From the NCBI GenBank assembly GCA_963785725.1, contig CAWAWS010000015.1, positions 288,001 to 352,000 of the forward strand: a stretch of 64,000 nucleotides of DNA, written 5' to 3'. Below are positions 48,727-58,380 of the stretch, piece by piece. The notes below the pieces were generated by a model. That model saw nothing but the letters and a program-made list of their open reading frames with translations, ran no database searches and had not been told where the DNA came from. Position numbers and translations under genes: made by a program. The stretch's first letter is position 1. Each line of letters starts with the position of its first letter. The stretch is from an uncultured delta proteobacterium (lineage in GTDB: Bacteria > Myxococcota_A > Polyangia > Palsa-1104).

Positions 48727-50208
48727 CGAAGCCGGCACGCACCATCATGATCCAAGGGACCGCGTCGTCGGTGGGCAAGAGCCTGCGTGACGACGGCGCT
48801 GTGTCGTATTTGGGCGCGGCGTGGGCTGCGCGTGGCGCCGTTCAAGTCGCAGAACATGGCGCTCAACTCGGCGGTGACGCCCGACGGCGGCGAGATCGGC
48901 CGCGCGCAGTGGGCGCAAGCCGAGGCGGCGCGGCGCGCGTCCGCACGTCGACATGAACCCGATCCTGCTCAAGCCGGAGTCGACCTCGGCGTCGCAGGTG
49001 GTGGTGCTCGGTAAACCCATCGGCAGCATGCATTTCGGCGCCTATCACCGACAGAAGCCGGAGCTGCGCGGCGTCGTCGGCGCGGCGCTCGACCGGCTGC
49101 GCGCGGCCTACGAGCTCGTGGTCATCGAAGGCGCGGGCTCGCCGGCCGAGGTGAACCTGCAAAGATCGCGATCTCGTGAACATGTGGGTGGCGGAGCGCG
49201 CCGATGCGCCGGTCATCCTGGTGACCGACATCGAGCGCGGCGGGGCGCTGGCGGCGATCGTCGGCACCTTGGCCGCTGCTCGACGACCATGAGCGAGCGC
49301 GCGTGCGAGCGATCATCGTCAACAAGTTCCGCGGCGATCCGGCGCTGTTCGTCGACGGCGTGAAGTTCTTGGAGGCGCGCACGGGCGTGCCCGTCGCCGG
49401 CGTCATTCCGCACCTCGGCGACGCGCGCATCGCCAGCGAGGACTCGCTCGACCTTTTGCCGGCGCGCTCGGGACGAGGCGCGCGGACAATCGCCATCGTG
49501 AAGCTGCCGCGGCTGTCCAACTTCGACGAGTTCGAGCCGCTGCAGCGGATGTCGTCCTTACGCGTGCGCTTCGTCGAGCGGCCGGACGAGCTCGGCGACG
49601 CCGCGCTGGTGATCGTGCCCGGCACCAAATGCACCGTGGCCGATCTGGCGTGGCTGCGGCAAACGGGCCTGGCCGGCGCCATCGTCGCGCGCGCGGCCGC
49701 CGGCGGCGCCATCTTGGGCATTTGCGGCGGCTATCAGCTGCTGGGCGAGCGCATCCTCGATCCCGAAGGCGTCGAGTCGCGCGAGCCCGAAGTCGCCGGC
49801 CTCGGCCTGTTGCCCGTCGAGACCATCTTCCAGCGCGACAAAGTCACGCATCCGGTGCGCGTGCGGCTCGGCGACGGCGTCCCGCTGCTCGACGGCGCCG
49901 GCGGCCAGACGCTCGCCGGCTACGAGATCCACTGCGGCCGCGTCGCGATGACCCAAGACGCGGCCGGGCAGGGCGCGCGGCCGTTCGCGCGCGTCGTCCG
50001 CCGCGGCGACGACAGCGCCGACGAGCGCGAAGGCTGCATCCGCGGCGCCGTCGCCGGCACGCTCGTGCACGGCCTGTTCGAGAACGACCTCGTGCGCGCC
50101 GTCATCGACGGCGACGCCAGCTCGGCGAGCGATCCCTACGAGACGCTCGCCGATCACTTCGAGCGCGCCCTCGACATGCGTCACCTCGATGCGTTAGTGG
50201 GGCTATGA
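48723..50208 (+). CDS. cobQ: Cobyric acid synthase (about 4 frameshifts)
   Basis: [58 protein letters not shown]. Confidence 0.92.
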
Positions 50209-51965
50209 GCAGCGACTTCGGCGACGACGCGCGCCGCGCCATCTACGACGTCATCGGCCGCCGCCGCGACATCCGCCACTTTCGCGTGGGCGCGCCGCTG
50301 CCCGACGAGCAGCTCGTGCGCATCCTCGGCGCCGCGCATCAAGCGCCGTCGGTGGGCTACTCGCAGCCGTGGGACTTCATCGTCGTGCGCGATCGCGCGC
50401 GCCGCGAGCGCATTCGCGAGAGCTTTCTGCGCGTGCGGGCGGCCGAGGCGGCGCGCTTTCCGGCGGGCGAGCGGCGCGAGCAATATCTCGCCTACAAGCT
50501 CGAAGGCATCATCGAATCGGCGCTGAACCTGTGCGTGACCGTCGATCTGCGCCCGGCCGACGAAGCGGTGCTGGGCACGACCGCGCAGCCCGAGTCGTTG
50601 CGCTGGAGCGCCTGTTGCGCCGTGCAAAACCTGTGGCTGGCGGCGCGCGCCGAGGGCATCGGCGTCGGCTGGGTCAGCATCGTCGAGCCGGCGGTGCTGC
50701 GGCAAGAGCTCGGCCTGCCCGCGGGGATCGAGCCGGTGGCCTATCTGTGCGTCGGTGCGCCGATCGAATTTCGCGATCGACCGCTGCTGGAGGAGAGCGG
50801 CTGGCGTCCGCGCCGTCCGGTCGGCGACGCCATTCATCACGAACGTTATCGCGCGTCGGCAGTCGCAAACGCGCCCTCGTTGCCGCCGCGCGAGCCGCAA
50901 GCGGTCATCGCGCCGGCGTCGACGGCGGCGATGGACGCGGCGCGCGCGCAGCAAGACCGGCTGTGCAAGCCGCGCGGCAGCTTGGGCAAGCTGGAGGCGC
51001 TGGCGATTTGGTACGCCGGCGCGCGCGGCCAATTCCCGCTGCCGGCGCCGAAGTCGATCGAGCTCGTCGTCTTCGCCGGCGACCACGGCGTGGCCGCGCA
51101 AGGGGTCAGCGCCTATTCGTCGACGGTGACCGCGGCGATGGTCGGCAACTTCTTGGCCGGCGGCGCCGCCGGCAGCGTGTTGGCGCGCGGCGCCGGCATC
51201 GCCGTCACCGTCGTCGATGTCGGCGTGGCCGGCGATCTGGCGGCGCTGCCGCCGCTGCCCGAGCGGCGAGCGCGCTTCGTGGCCGCCAACGTGCGCGCCG
51301 GCACCGCCGACAGCACGCGCGAGCCGGCCATGTCGCGCCAGGAGGCCGAAGCCGCGCTCGCAGTCGGTCGCACGCTCGCGCACGCCGCGGCGCGCGTCGG
51401 CCGCGAGCTCCTGTGCGCCGGCGAGCTCGGCATCGGCAACAGCACCGCCGCCGCCGCGCTCTTGTGCGCGCTCGCCGACGTCGCGCCCGCCGACGCCGTC
51501 GGCCGCGGCACCGGCCTCGACGATCGCGCGCACGCCCACAAGATCGACGTCGTCACGCGCATGCTGACGCTGCATCGCCCGTCGGCGAACGATCCGTTGG
51601 GCGCGCTGGCGGCGGTCGGCGGCTTGGAGCTGGCGGCGCTGGCCGGCCTCATGCTCGGCGCGGCCGAAGCGCGCCTGCCGGTCGTCGTCGACGGCTTCAT
51701 CGCCGGCGCCGCCGCGCTCGTCGCCGCCACGCTGTCACCACGCGTGCGCGACTATCTCGTCCTGTCGCATCGCTCGGCGGAGGCGGGCGCGCAGCGCTTG
51801 TGCGACGCCCTGCAGCTGCAGCCGCTCGTCGATCTCGGCCTGCGGCTCGGCGAAGGCACGGGCGCGCTCTTGGCTGCCGAGCTCGTGCGCCAAGCGGTTC
51901 GGCTGCAGCACGAGATGGCGACGTTCTCGACCGCCGGCGTCGCCGACCGCGTGGCGATCGACTGA
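50205..51965 (+). CDS. bluB-cobT: Fused 5,6-dimethylbenzimidazole synthase / nicotinate-nucleotide-DMB phosphoribosyltransferase
   Basis: RRDIRHF, APSVGYSQPWDF, CAVQNLWLAARAEGIGVGWVS, then KPRGSLGKLE, FAGDHGV, GELGIGNST, RLGEGTGA in one frame. Confidence 0.93.
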   Translation: MSSDFGDDARRAIYDVIGRRRDIRHFRVGAPLPDEQLVRILGAAHQAPSVGYSQPWDFIVVRDRARRERIRESFLRVRAAEAARFPAGERREQYLAYKLEGIIESALNLCVTVDLRPADEAVLGTTAQPESLRWSACCAVQNLWLAARAEGIGVGWVSIVEPAVLRQELGLPAGIEPVAYLCVGAPIEFRDRPLLEESGWRPRRPVGDAIHHERYRASAVANAPSLPPREPQAVIAPASTAAMDAARAQQDRLCKPRGSLGKLEALAIWYAGARGQFPLPAPKSIELVVFAGDHGVAAQGVSAYSSTVTAAMVGNFLAGGAAGSVLARGAGIAVTVVDVGVAGDLAALPPLPERRARFVAANVRAGTADSTREPAMSRQEAEAALAVGRTLAHAAARVGRELLCAGELGIGNSTAAAALLCALADVAPADAVGRGTGLDDRAHAHKIDVVTRMLTLHRPSANDPLGALAAVGGLELAALAGLMLGAAEARLPVVVDGFIAGAAALVAATLSPRVRDYLVLSHRSAEAGAQRLCDALQLQPLVDLGLRLGEGTGALLAAELVRQAVRLQHEMATFSTAGVADRVAID

Positions 51966-51979
51966 TGGGCGACGACTGA

Positions 51980-52309
51980 CTAACGCTTGACGCGCGCGAT
52001 GTACTGCTTGAGCGTCTCGCGGCGCGGCTCGTCGAGCTCGAGGTAGCGAATGCCCATGTCCATCGGCGGCTCGCGATTGGTCCACACCACCTCACCGCGC
52101 AGCGACAGCGACGTGTTCAGCTCGGGGAAGTTGATGACCAGGTCGACGATGCTGCCGACCTCCTCGATGCTGGGCGTCTGAATGCAGATGCCGCCGAGCG
52201 AGATGTTCTGAATGCGGTGGTAGAGTAGGACTTCCGTGCCGGTGTAGTCGACGTAAGCGCTCACTTCGAAACGAGGGAACTCGCGCGAGCGCCGATCGGC
52301 TTCAACCAT
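51980..52309 (-). CDS. Stand-alone PilZ-domain protein
   Basis: REFPR (RxxxR), NISLGG, GEVVW, MGIRY. Confidence 0.9.
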   Translation of the reverse strand: MVEADRRSREFPRFEVSAYVDYTGTEVLLYHRIQNISLGGICIQTPSIEEVGSIVDLVINFPELNTSLSLRGEVVWTNREPPMDMGIRYLELDEPRRETLKQYIARVKR

Positions 52310-52416
52310 GAGGCTCCTCCGTCCGAAGTGGCTTATACCACATAAGTTTTGGCGCTAGCGAATCGACATGGAATAAGTATCGTACGACCGCGTTGAATGG
52401 GACGTCAGGAGTGGGC

Positions 52417-52890
52417 ATGAATCGCTTTGGACTGGTGCTCGGCGTTGTGACTTTGCTTTCGGCGGGCTGCGCCACCGTCAATACGATCCCGGGAACCAAG
52501 GTCATCGATACGAAGGCCAACCGCGACATCCTCAACTTGTGCGAGCGCTATCGGCACGCCATGGAGGATCGCGACGCCACGACGCTGTTGGCGATGGCGC
52601 ACCCGAATTATTACGAGGATTCGGGCACGCCGGGCGGCAGCGACGACTACGGCTACGACGGCCTGAAGGACGTGCTGCAGAAGCGCATGGCGGCGTTGAG
52701 GACGCTTCGCTACAACATCGAATATCGGCGCGTGCAGATCGAAGGACGGCGGGCGTTGGTCGACATCCGTTATGACGCGAGCTTCCAGCTGGCGACGGAG
52801 ATGGGCGATCGTTGGGAGCGCAAGCAGAACGACAAGCGCCTCGAGCTCGAGAACGACGGCCACCGCTGGCTCATCATCGCGGGCATGTAA
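52417..52890 (+). CDS. Lipoprotein, NTF2/SnoaL-like fold
   Basis: SAG-C lipobox; YRHAMEDRD...YYED; terminal WLIIAGM. Confidence 0.75.
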   Translation: MNRFGLVLGVVTLLSAGCATVNTIPGTKVIDTKANRDILNLCERYRHAMEDRDATTLLAMAHPNYYEDSGTPGGSDDYGYDGLKDVLQKRMAALRTLRYNIEYRRVQIEGRRALVDIRYDASFQLATEMGDRWERKQNDKRLELENDGHRWLIIAGM

Positions 52891-53198
52891 TCCCATCGAG
52901 CTTCATCGCGAGCGTTTTCATGAGCCCGCGCCGCCCGTGTTCGGAAATCGCACCAAATGCGTAGCTTCGCGTCCCATCTTCGGGATACTTGCTAGGTTTT
53001 CGCGGCGACGCTCGCAATCGGCCCGGCCGAGCGGCCGCCGCGCGCGCGCCGTCGCCGGGCTGGCGCCTGGCGCTTCCGCTGTGGCCGCGCGCGCCACATC
53101 ATTGACAGCGGAGGAGCGAATCGCGTCGCCGATCTCCGCCGGCGGCGCGGCCCTCGCGTCGGGTCGCGCGCGGCACGCAACCTGCTAACCTGCAGCGC

Positions 53199-53759
53199 GT
53201 GCGAATCGCCAGCATCCTGTGTACGATCTGGCTGCTGCTGTCGCCGTCCTTGGCGAAGGCGCAGGCGATGATCGAAGTGCCCAACGATCCGGAGTTGGCG
53301 GCACGCATCGCCGAGCAGAAGGCACGCATCGCCGAGCAGCAGCGCAAGGACGATGCTGCAGCGCGCGCGGCCGAGGAGGAGCGGCAGCGCCAGCTGCAGC
53401 AGCTGTTGCCGCCGCCGTCGCTGCAGCTGCCGCCGCCGCCACCGATCGTCGTCGCGGCGCCGCCGCCGCGGGGTCACTGGGAAACGCGCCGTCGCTGGGA
53501 GCTGCTCGGCATCTTCGGCAACGTCTTCGTCGTCAGCTACGGCATCAACGCCTTCGTCGGCGAGCGCGTCGACGGCAGGTTCTACATCCCCGTGGCCGGT
53601 CCGATCGCGTACGCGGTCAAGCTTGGCGGCGGCGACCTGGCGCCGATGATGGACTTCGGCTTGGCGCTCGACGCCATCGTCCAGGGCGGCAGCTTGGCGC
53701 TGGCCATCCTCGGACCGCTGCTGCACAAGAGAGTGTGGGTGGTCGACGGGGAGCGGTAG
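53199..53759 (+). CDS. Hypothetical exported protein (coiled coil, Pro-rich linker, hydrophobic C-terminus)
   Basis: Signal peptide, QQ/PPP linker, YIPVAGP motif. Confidence 0.65.
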   Translation: MRIASILCTIWLLLSPSLAKAQAMIEVPNDPELAARIAEQKARIAEQQRKDDAAARAAEEERQRQLQQLLPPPSLQLPPPPPIVVAAPPPRGHWETRRRWELLGIFGNVFVVSYGINAFVGERVDGRFYIPVAGPIAYAVKLGGGDLAPMMDFGLALDAIVQGGSLALAILGPLLHKRVWVVDGER

Positions 53760-53801
53760 CGCCAGCGCGACTCCAACGATTGTCCGACAGCGGTGCGCTC
53801 A

Positions 53802-54305
53802 TCAGTCGTCTTCTGGCAGGTCCTCGTTGAACGCCGCCAACGGTACGCGACTATCCGCACGTCCTTCGACGTTGATCGTCATCTCGACGAAGTCGATGGT
53901 CAACTCCTCGCTCGGCCAGAAGAGGTACCTGTGGATGAGCGTGCTGTCTTGTTCGTCGAGGTCGACCTCGTGGTACAGCACGCAGGCGTCTCTGTCTCGT
54001 GCCACACGCCGCAGCGTTTCGACTCTCTGTCTGCCGAGCATGGCGCCGCGGTAGGTGAGCGACACGGCGCGGTAGCCGCTTTCGAGCGAGCCAGCGATGA
54101 AGCAGAGCTGCAACTCCTTCGTGTGCGGTGACCACCGAGCGGATTCGAGGATGGAGTCGTGGAGGCCTTCACTCGCGAGCTGCGCCAGCGGCGGTGGCAG
54201 GCGGGGCGCCAACTCGCGCAGGCGAGCCTGGTAGCCGGCCTCGGCTTCTTCGGCCTGTTTGTCGCTGTATTCGCCGTTGGCCCAGCCGCGCGTGAAGAAC
54301 CGCAT
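53802..54305 (-). CDS. Hypothetical protein (DUF4085-like)
   Basis: MRFFTR...LP...LHDS...LYHEVD pattern; TANNNT 6 nt upstream. Confidence 0.65.
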   Translation of the reverse strand: MRFFTRGWANGEYSDKQAEEAEAGYQARLRELAPRLPPPLAQLASEGLHDSILESARWSPHTKELQLCFIAGSLESGYRAVSLTYRGAMLGRQRVETLRRVARDRDACVLYHEVDLDEQDSTLIHRYLFWPSEELTIDFVEMTINVEGRADSRVPLAAFNEDLPEDD

Positions 54306-54374
54306 GCCGGCAGCTTACAATCGGTAGGCGACTCCGGCGCGCCGAAGTGCCCGGCGTACGCGTGTTCAGGCGCT

Positions 54375-55217
54375 TCAGCGCGCGACGCGAGCGGCGAAGC
54401 GCGCGATCAGCGACGCCACCTCGTCCGGCGCTTCGAGCTGCGGATAGTGCCCGACGGGCAGGGCCAGCGCCTCGGCGTCGGGCCGCTGCTGCTGCGCCCA
54501 TTGCAGCACGTGCGCGCCCGACACCGGATCGCGCACGCCCCACGCCAGCGCGATCGGCAGCCGTCGATCGCAAAAGGCCGCCACCCAACGTTCGCGCCGT
54601 CGACGGCGCTCGGCGATGTAATGCAAGAGCGCGTGCGTCCGTCGCTGCGCGCCGCGGGCGCTGATCGCGCGCCAGTGCTCGTCGACGTCGAAGCGCTCGG
54701 GACGCGCCAGGACGCGCGCCATCGAACGCGCGAACGTCGACTTGTGCACCAAGAGCGGCGCCAGCACGGCGCCGAGCGGGCTCGCCAGCAGCCGTTGGAT
54801 GGCGATGGGCCGATGCAGCCGCGGCTCGACGCCGCCGTTCAAGTAGACGACGCCATCGATCGCCGGCATCGCCGGCGCTCGCGCCACCAGCTCCTGCGCG
54901 ACGCTGACGCCGTAGTCGTGCGCGACCACGACAGCGCGCGTGACGCCGGCGTGCGCCGCCACCGCCAGCGTCAGCTCGGTCTGGCGATCGTAGTCGTAGC
55001 GCGCGATCGGATCGGAGTCGCCGAAGCCCCAGAAGTCGAACGCCACGCAGCGATAATGCTGCTCGAGGATGGCGATGCACGCGCTCCAATCGTAGCTGCT
55101 CGTCGGAAAGCCGTGGCAGAAGAGCAGCGTCGGACCGGCGCCCGAGACGCGCACGAACGCCTCTTTGCCGAGCAGTCGAACGCGCTCACCGCCGCCGTGC
55201 CATTCGTCGTATCGCAC
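54375..55217 (-). CDS. Alpha/beta hydrolase (epoxide hydrolase/MEST-like)
   Basis: HGFPTSSYDW, GFGDSD, AHDYG, WGVRDPVSG, GHYPQLEAP. Confidence 0.88.
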   Translation of the reverse strand: MRYDEWHGGGERVRLLGKEAFVRVSGAGPTLLFCHGFPTSSYDWSACIAILEQHYRCVAFDFWGFGDSDPIARYDYDRQTELTLAVAAHAGVTRAVVVAHDYGVSVAQELVARAPAMPAIDGVVYLNGGVEPRLHRPIAIQRLLASPLGAVLAPLLVHKSTFARSMARVLARPERFDVDEHWRAISARGAQRRTHALLHYIAERRRRRERWVAAFCDRRLPIALAWGVRDPVSGAHVLQWAQQQRPDAEALALPVGHYPQLEAPDEVASLIARFAARVAR

Positions 55218-55374
55218 GTAGCGACTGTAGCAGTGGCCGCGACCTCTTGGCGCGGCGGCGCTTACCGCGTGGCGCCGAGCGTGCTCGTTGGCTCGGTCGC
55301 GCGCGAGTCGGCCGATGCGGGGCCGCCGCTGCTCGGGCCGCGCCAGCGGGCGGCGATCGTCGTACAATCGCCGC

Positions 55375-56629
55375 ATGCGTAGCCTCGACGTCGCCGTCGT
55401 CGGCGCGGGGACGGCGGGCGTCGCCGCCGCGCTCTTCCTCGCGCGCGCCGGCCATCGCGTCACCGTCTGCGAGCGCGTGCCGCAGCCGTCGGCCGTCGGC
55501 GCCGGCATCGTCCTGCAGCCGAGCGGCATGGCCGTGCTCGCCGACCTCGGCCTCCTCGACGGCGTCATCTCCCGCGGCGCGCGGCTCGATCGATTGCGCT
55601 GCGTGCGCGTCGGCGGCCGCCCGCTCTTCCAGCTCGACTACGCGAGCGTCGGCGGCGGACCCTTCGGCCTCGGCCTCCATCGCGGCGTCCTCTTCGAGGT
55701 CCTCCATCGCGCGCTCACCGCCGCCTCCGTGCCGCTCGCGTGCGATCGCGAGAATCGTCGCGCTGCACGGCGCCGGTGATCGCGTCAGGCTCGTCGACGC
55801 GCACGGCGGCCGCAGCCCGGCGGTCGACCTCGTCATCGTCGCCGACGGCGCCCGCTCCCGCCTGCGCGACGAGACCGATCCGGCGCTGGCCGAACGCCGC
55901 GTGCGCGACTATCGCTGGGGCGCCTTGTGGTTCGTCGGCCGCGATCCCGAGCGGCGCTTTACGGGCGAGCTGTATCAAGTCGTACAAGGCTCGAGCCGCA
56001 TGCTCGGCCTCTTGCCGACCGGCGCCGGCCCGCACGATGCGACGCCGCTGACGAGCCTCTTTTGGAGCATTCGCCGCGATCGCGTCGACGCGTGGCGCGC
56101 CGGCGGTCTTGCGCGCTGGCGCGACGAGCTCCTGCGCTGCGCGCCCGCCGCCGACGCGCTGGTGCGGCAGATCGAAGACCCGGCGCAGGTCACCTTCGCG
56201 GCCTATCACGACGTCACCTTGCGGCCCTGGCACACGCGCAACGTCGTGTTCCTCGGCGACGCCGCGCACGCCACGAGCCCGCAGCTCGGCCAGGGCTGCA
56301 ACCTGGCGCTCGCCGACGCGCAGGCGCTGGCCGACGCGCTCGCTGCCGCCGAGTCGCTGCCGGCGGCGCTCGCCGACTATTCGCGCGCGCGTCGCCGGCA
56401 GCTCGCGTTCTACCAACATGCGACGCGCTGGCTGACGCCGTTTTTCCAGAGTGACTCGCGCGTGGCCGGCCGGCTGCGCGACCTCGTCATGCCGCTCGGG
56501 ATGCGGCTGCCGTGGCTGCGGCGCCAGATGGTGCTGACGATGTGCGGCGTCAAACGCGGCCTCTTCTCGTCGCTGCCGCTGCCGTCGCTGCCGCGCGCCA
56601 AGGCGCTGCCGAAGGAGCGCGCCGCCTGA
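55375..56629 (+). CDS. FAD-dependent monooxygenase (frameshift ~55750)
   Basis: VVGAGTAG, VGAGIVLQP, VADGARS, LGDAAHATSPQLGQGCNLAL. Confidence 0.88.
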
Positions 56630-56778
56630 CGCCGTCACCCGCGCGAGACAGGCGCCGCGAGCAGGGCAGCCGCGTCGCGATCTGACAGCGATGTCCCGAA
56701 TACGGCGCCTTTTGTTGGTGTAAACTACCGAACTGATTGAGCGCCTACGCTGGTACGCGCTTCGCTTTGGGCTGCCAC

Positions 56779-57699
56779 ATGCGCACTTCAACGATGACCT
56801 TGGCCTTGGGCCTCTTTTTGACCTGCAGCGGCTGCTTGCTGGATGACAGCACGAGCAACGGCAAGACCAGCAACAACGTCACGATCGTCTTCGCCGGCGA
56901 TGGCGGCGATCTGGCGAGCCATCCCATCGCCGCCGGCGGCGCACAGACCGTCATCGACGTCTTCGGCGTCGCCTTCGACGGCGTGCAGTCGTCCAACCCG
57001 GCCGTCGCCACCTTCACCGTCGACAGCGGCTCCGTCGACGTCATCTCCGGCGTGGCCGGCTCGGCCGTCCTGCGGCTGACGAACGCCGGCCAGGTCGTCG
57101 CCAGCAGCACCGTCTTCGTCGTCAACACGACCGCGCTCGGCATCGTCAGCCAAGGCTGGAGCGGCAGCGCGCCCACGATCGTCGCCGGCGCCACCGAAGT
57201 CCTGCACGTCACCACCCTCGGCGCCGACGGCAACTCCACGCGCGGCGACGGCGCCGTCCGCTTTGCGCTGTCGGGCGACCTGGCCGCATCCGTCGTGCCC
57301 GTCTCGGGCGACGCCATCGGCTTCACCGGCACGTTGCCGCCGGGCACGCTCACCGGCAGCGGCACCATCACCGCCAGCTGCCCCGACACGACGTTGGCGC
57401 AGCCGATCACGATCGTCGATCCGTCGCTCGTGACCAGCTTGGCCACCACGACCCAGCCGGGCGCGACCAACGGCGGCACCAGCGTCGTCACCGTCGTCGC
57501 GATGACCGCCGACGGCGCCGTCTACACCGATCCATGCGACTGGACCGTTTCCGCGCCGTCGGTGACCTTGAACAGCCAGACGAGCGGGCTCGACCTCGGA
57601 CCGGGCGACCTCACCGTCTTCAACCTCACGGCGCCCGGCACCTTCACCGCCACGTGCACCATGGCCGGCCAGTCGACGACCGTCACCCTCCAGCGCTGA
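56779..57699 (+). CDS. Thr/Ser/Val-rich lipoprotein with Ig-like beta domains
   Basis: CSG-C lipobox; SSNPAVAT motif typical of bacterial Ig-like repeats. Confidence 0.7.
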   Translation: MRTSTMTLALGLFLTCSGCLLDDSTSNGKTSNNVTIVFAGDGGDLASHPIAAGGAQTVIDVFGVAFDGVQSSNPAVATFTVDSGSVDVISGVAGSAVLRLTNAGQVVASSTVFVVNTTALGIVSQGWSGSAPTIVAGATEVLHVTTLGADGNSTRGDGAVRFALSGDLAASVVPVSGDAIGFTGTLPPGTLTGSGTITASCPDTTLAQPITIVDPSLVTSLATTTQPGATNGGTSVVTVVAMTADGAVYTDPCDWTVSAPSVTLNSQTSGLDLGPGDLTVFNLTAPGTFTATCTMAGQSTTVTLQR

Positions 57700-57822
57700 A
57701 CACCGTTCAGCCTAAGTAAACGGCTGTTTACAAGATGTCGGCGTAAGGCTTACGTCGATCGCTGATGGCGCGCTCAAGTCGTGGCTGGCCGCTGCCGATG
57801 ATCGAGGCAAGACTGATCGCGC

Positions 57823-58368
57823 ATGCGGCTCAAAGCGTCCACGTTCCGCACGTACGTCGGGATCCTCGCCAAAGACGGGCGGCGCGACGCCGTCCTGGCG
57901 CTGGTGCCGCCGGCGACGGCCGCGCTCATGCGTGACCCGCCGCTGGCCGGCAGCTGGATGGATCTGACGCACATGCACGCCATCGATCAGGCGGTGGAGA
58001 CGCTGGGCGGCATGGCGGCGGTGCGCGACCTGGCGCGCCGCGGGACCGAGGCCGCGCGCAAGCCCTACATGGGCGTCGTCGAAGGCGTGCTCAAGCTCTT
58101 CGGCACCTCGCCGGCGACGCTGCTCAAGCGCATGAACACGCTCGTCGCGAGCTTCATCGAGGGCATCGACTACAAGTACATCGTGACCAGCGATCGGTCG
58201 GGCGTCATGGAAGTGACCTTCGCCGCCGATTACGAGCTGCCGACCTCGGCCTTCGTCGGGCAAATTCCCACGCTGCAGACGCTGCTCGATGCCTGCGGCG
58301 TCAAAGGTGTCGTGTCGGCGCCGGAGCGGCTGGGGCCGAATCGGGCGCGCTTCAAGATCCAGTGGTAA
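57823..58368 (+). CDS. Hypothetical myxobacterial-type cytoplasmic protein
   Basis: 181 aa; PLAGSW...GTSPATLL...terminal FKIQW pattern. Confidence 0.7.
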   Translation: MRLKASTFRTYVGILAKDGRRDAVLALVPPATAALMRDPPLAGSWMDLTHMHAIDQAVETLGGMAAVRDLARRGTEAARKPYMGVVEGVLKLFGTSPATLLKRMNTLVASFIEGIDYKYIVTSDRSGVMEVTFAADYELPTSAFVGQIPTLQTLLDACGVKGVVSAPERLGPNRARFKIQW

Positions 58369-58380
58369 GTAAACAGTCGG

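Noticed and set aside
40600..49300. Pseudogenisation or programmed frameshifting of the B12 operon
   Set aside because: Indels are clustered, I noticed no in-frame nonsense codons or slippery sites, and motifs are conserved, so sequencing error is more parsimonious.
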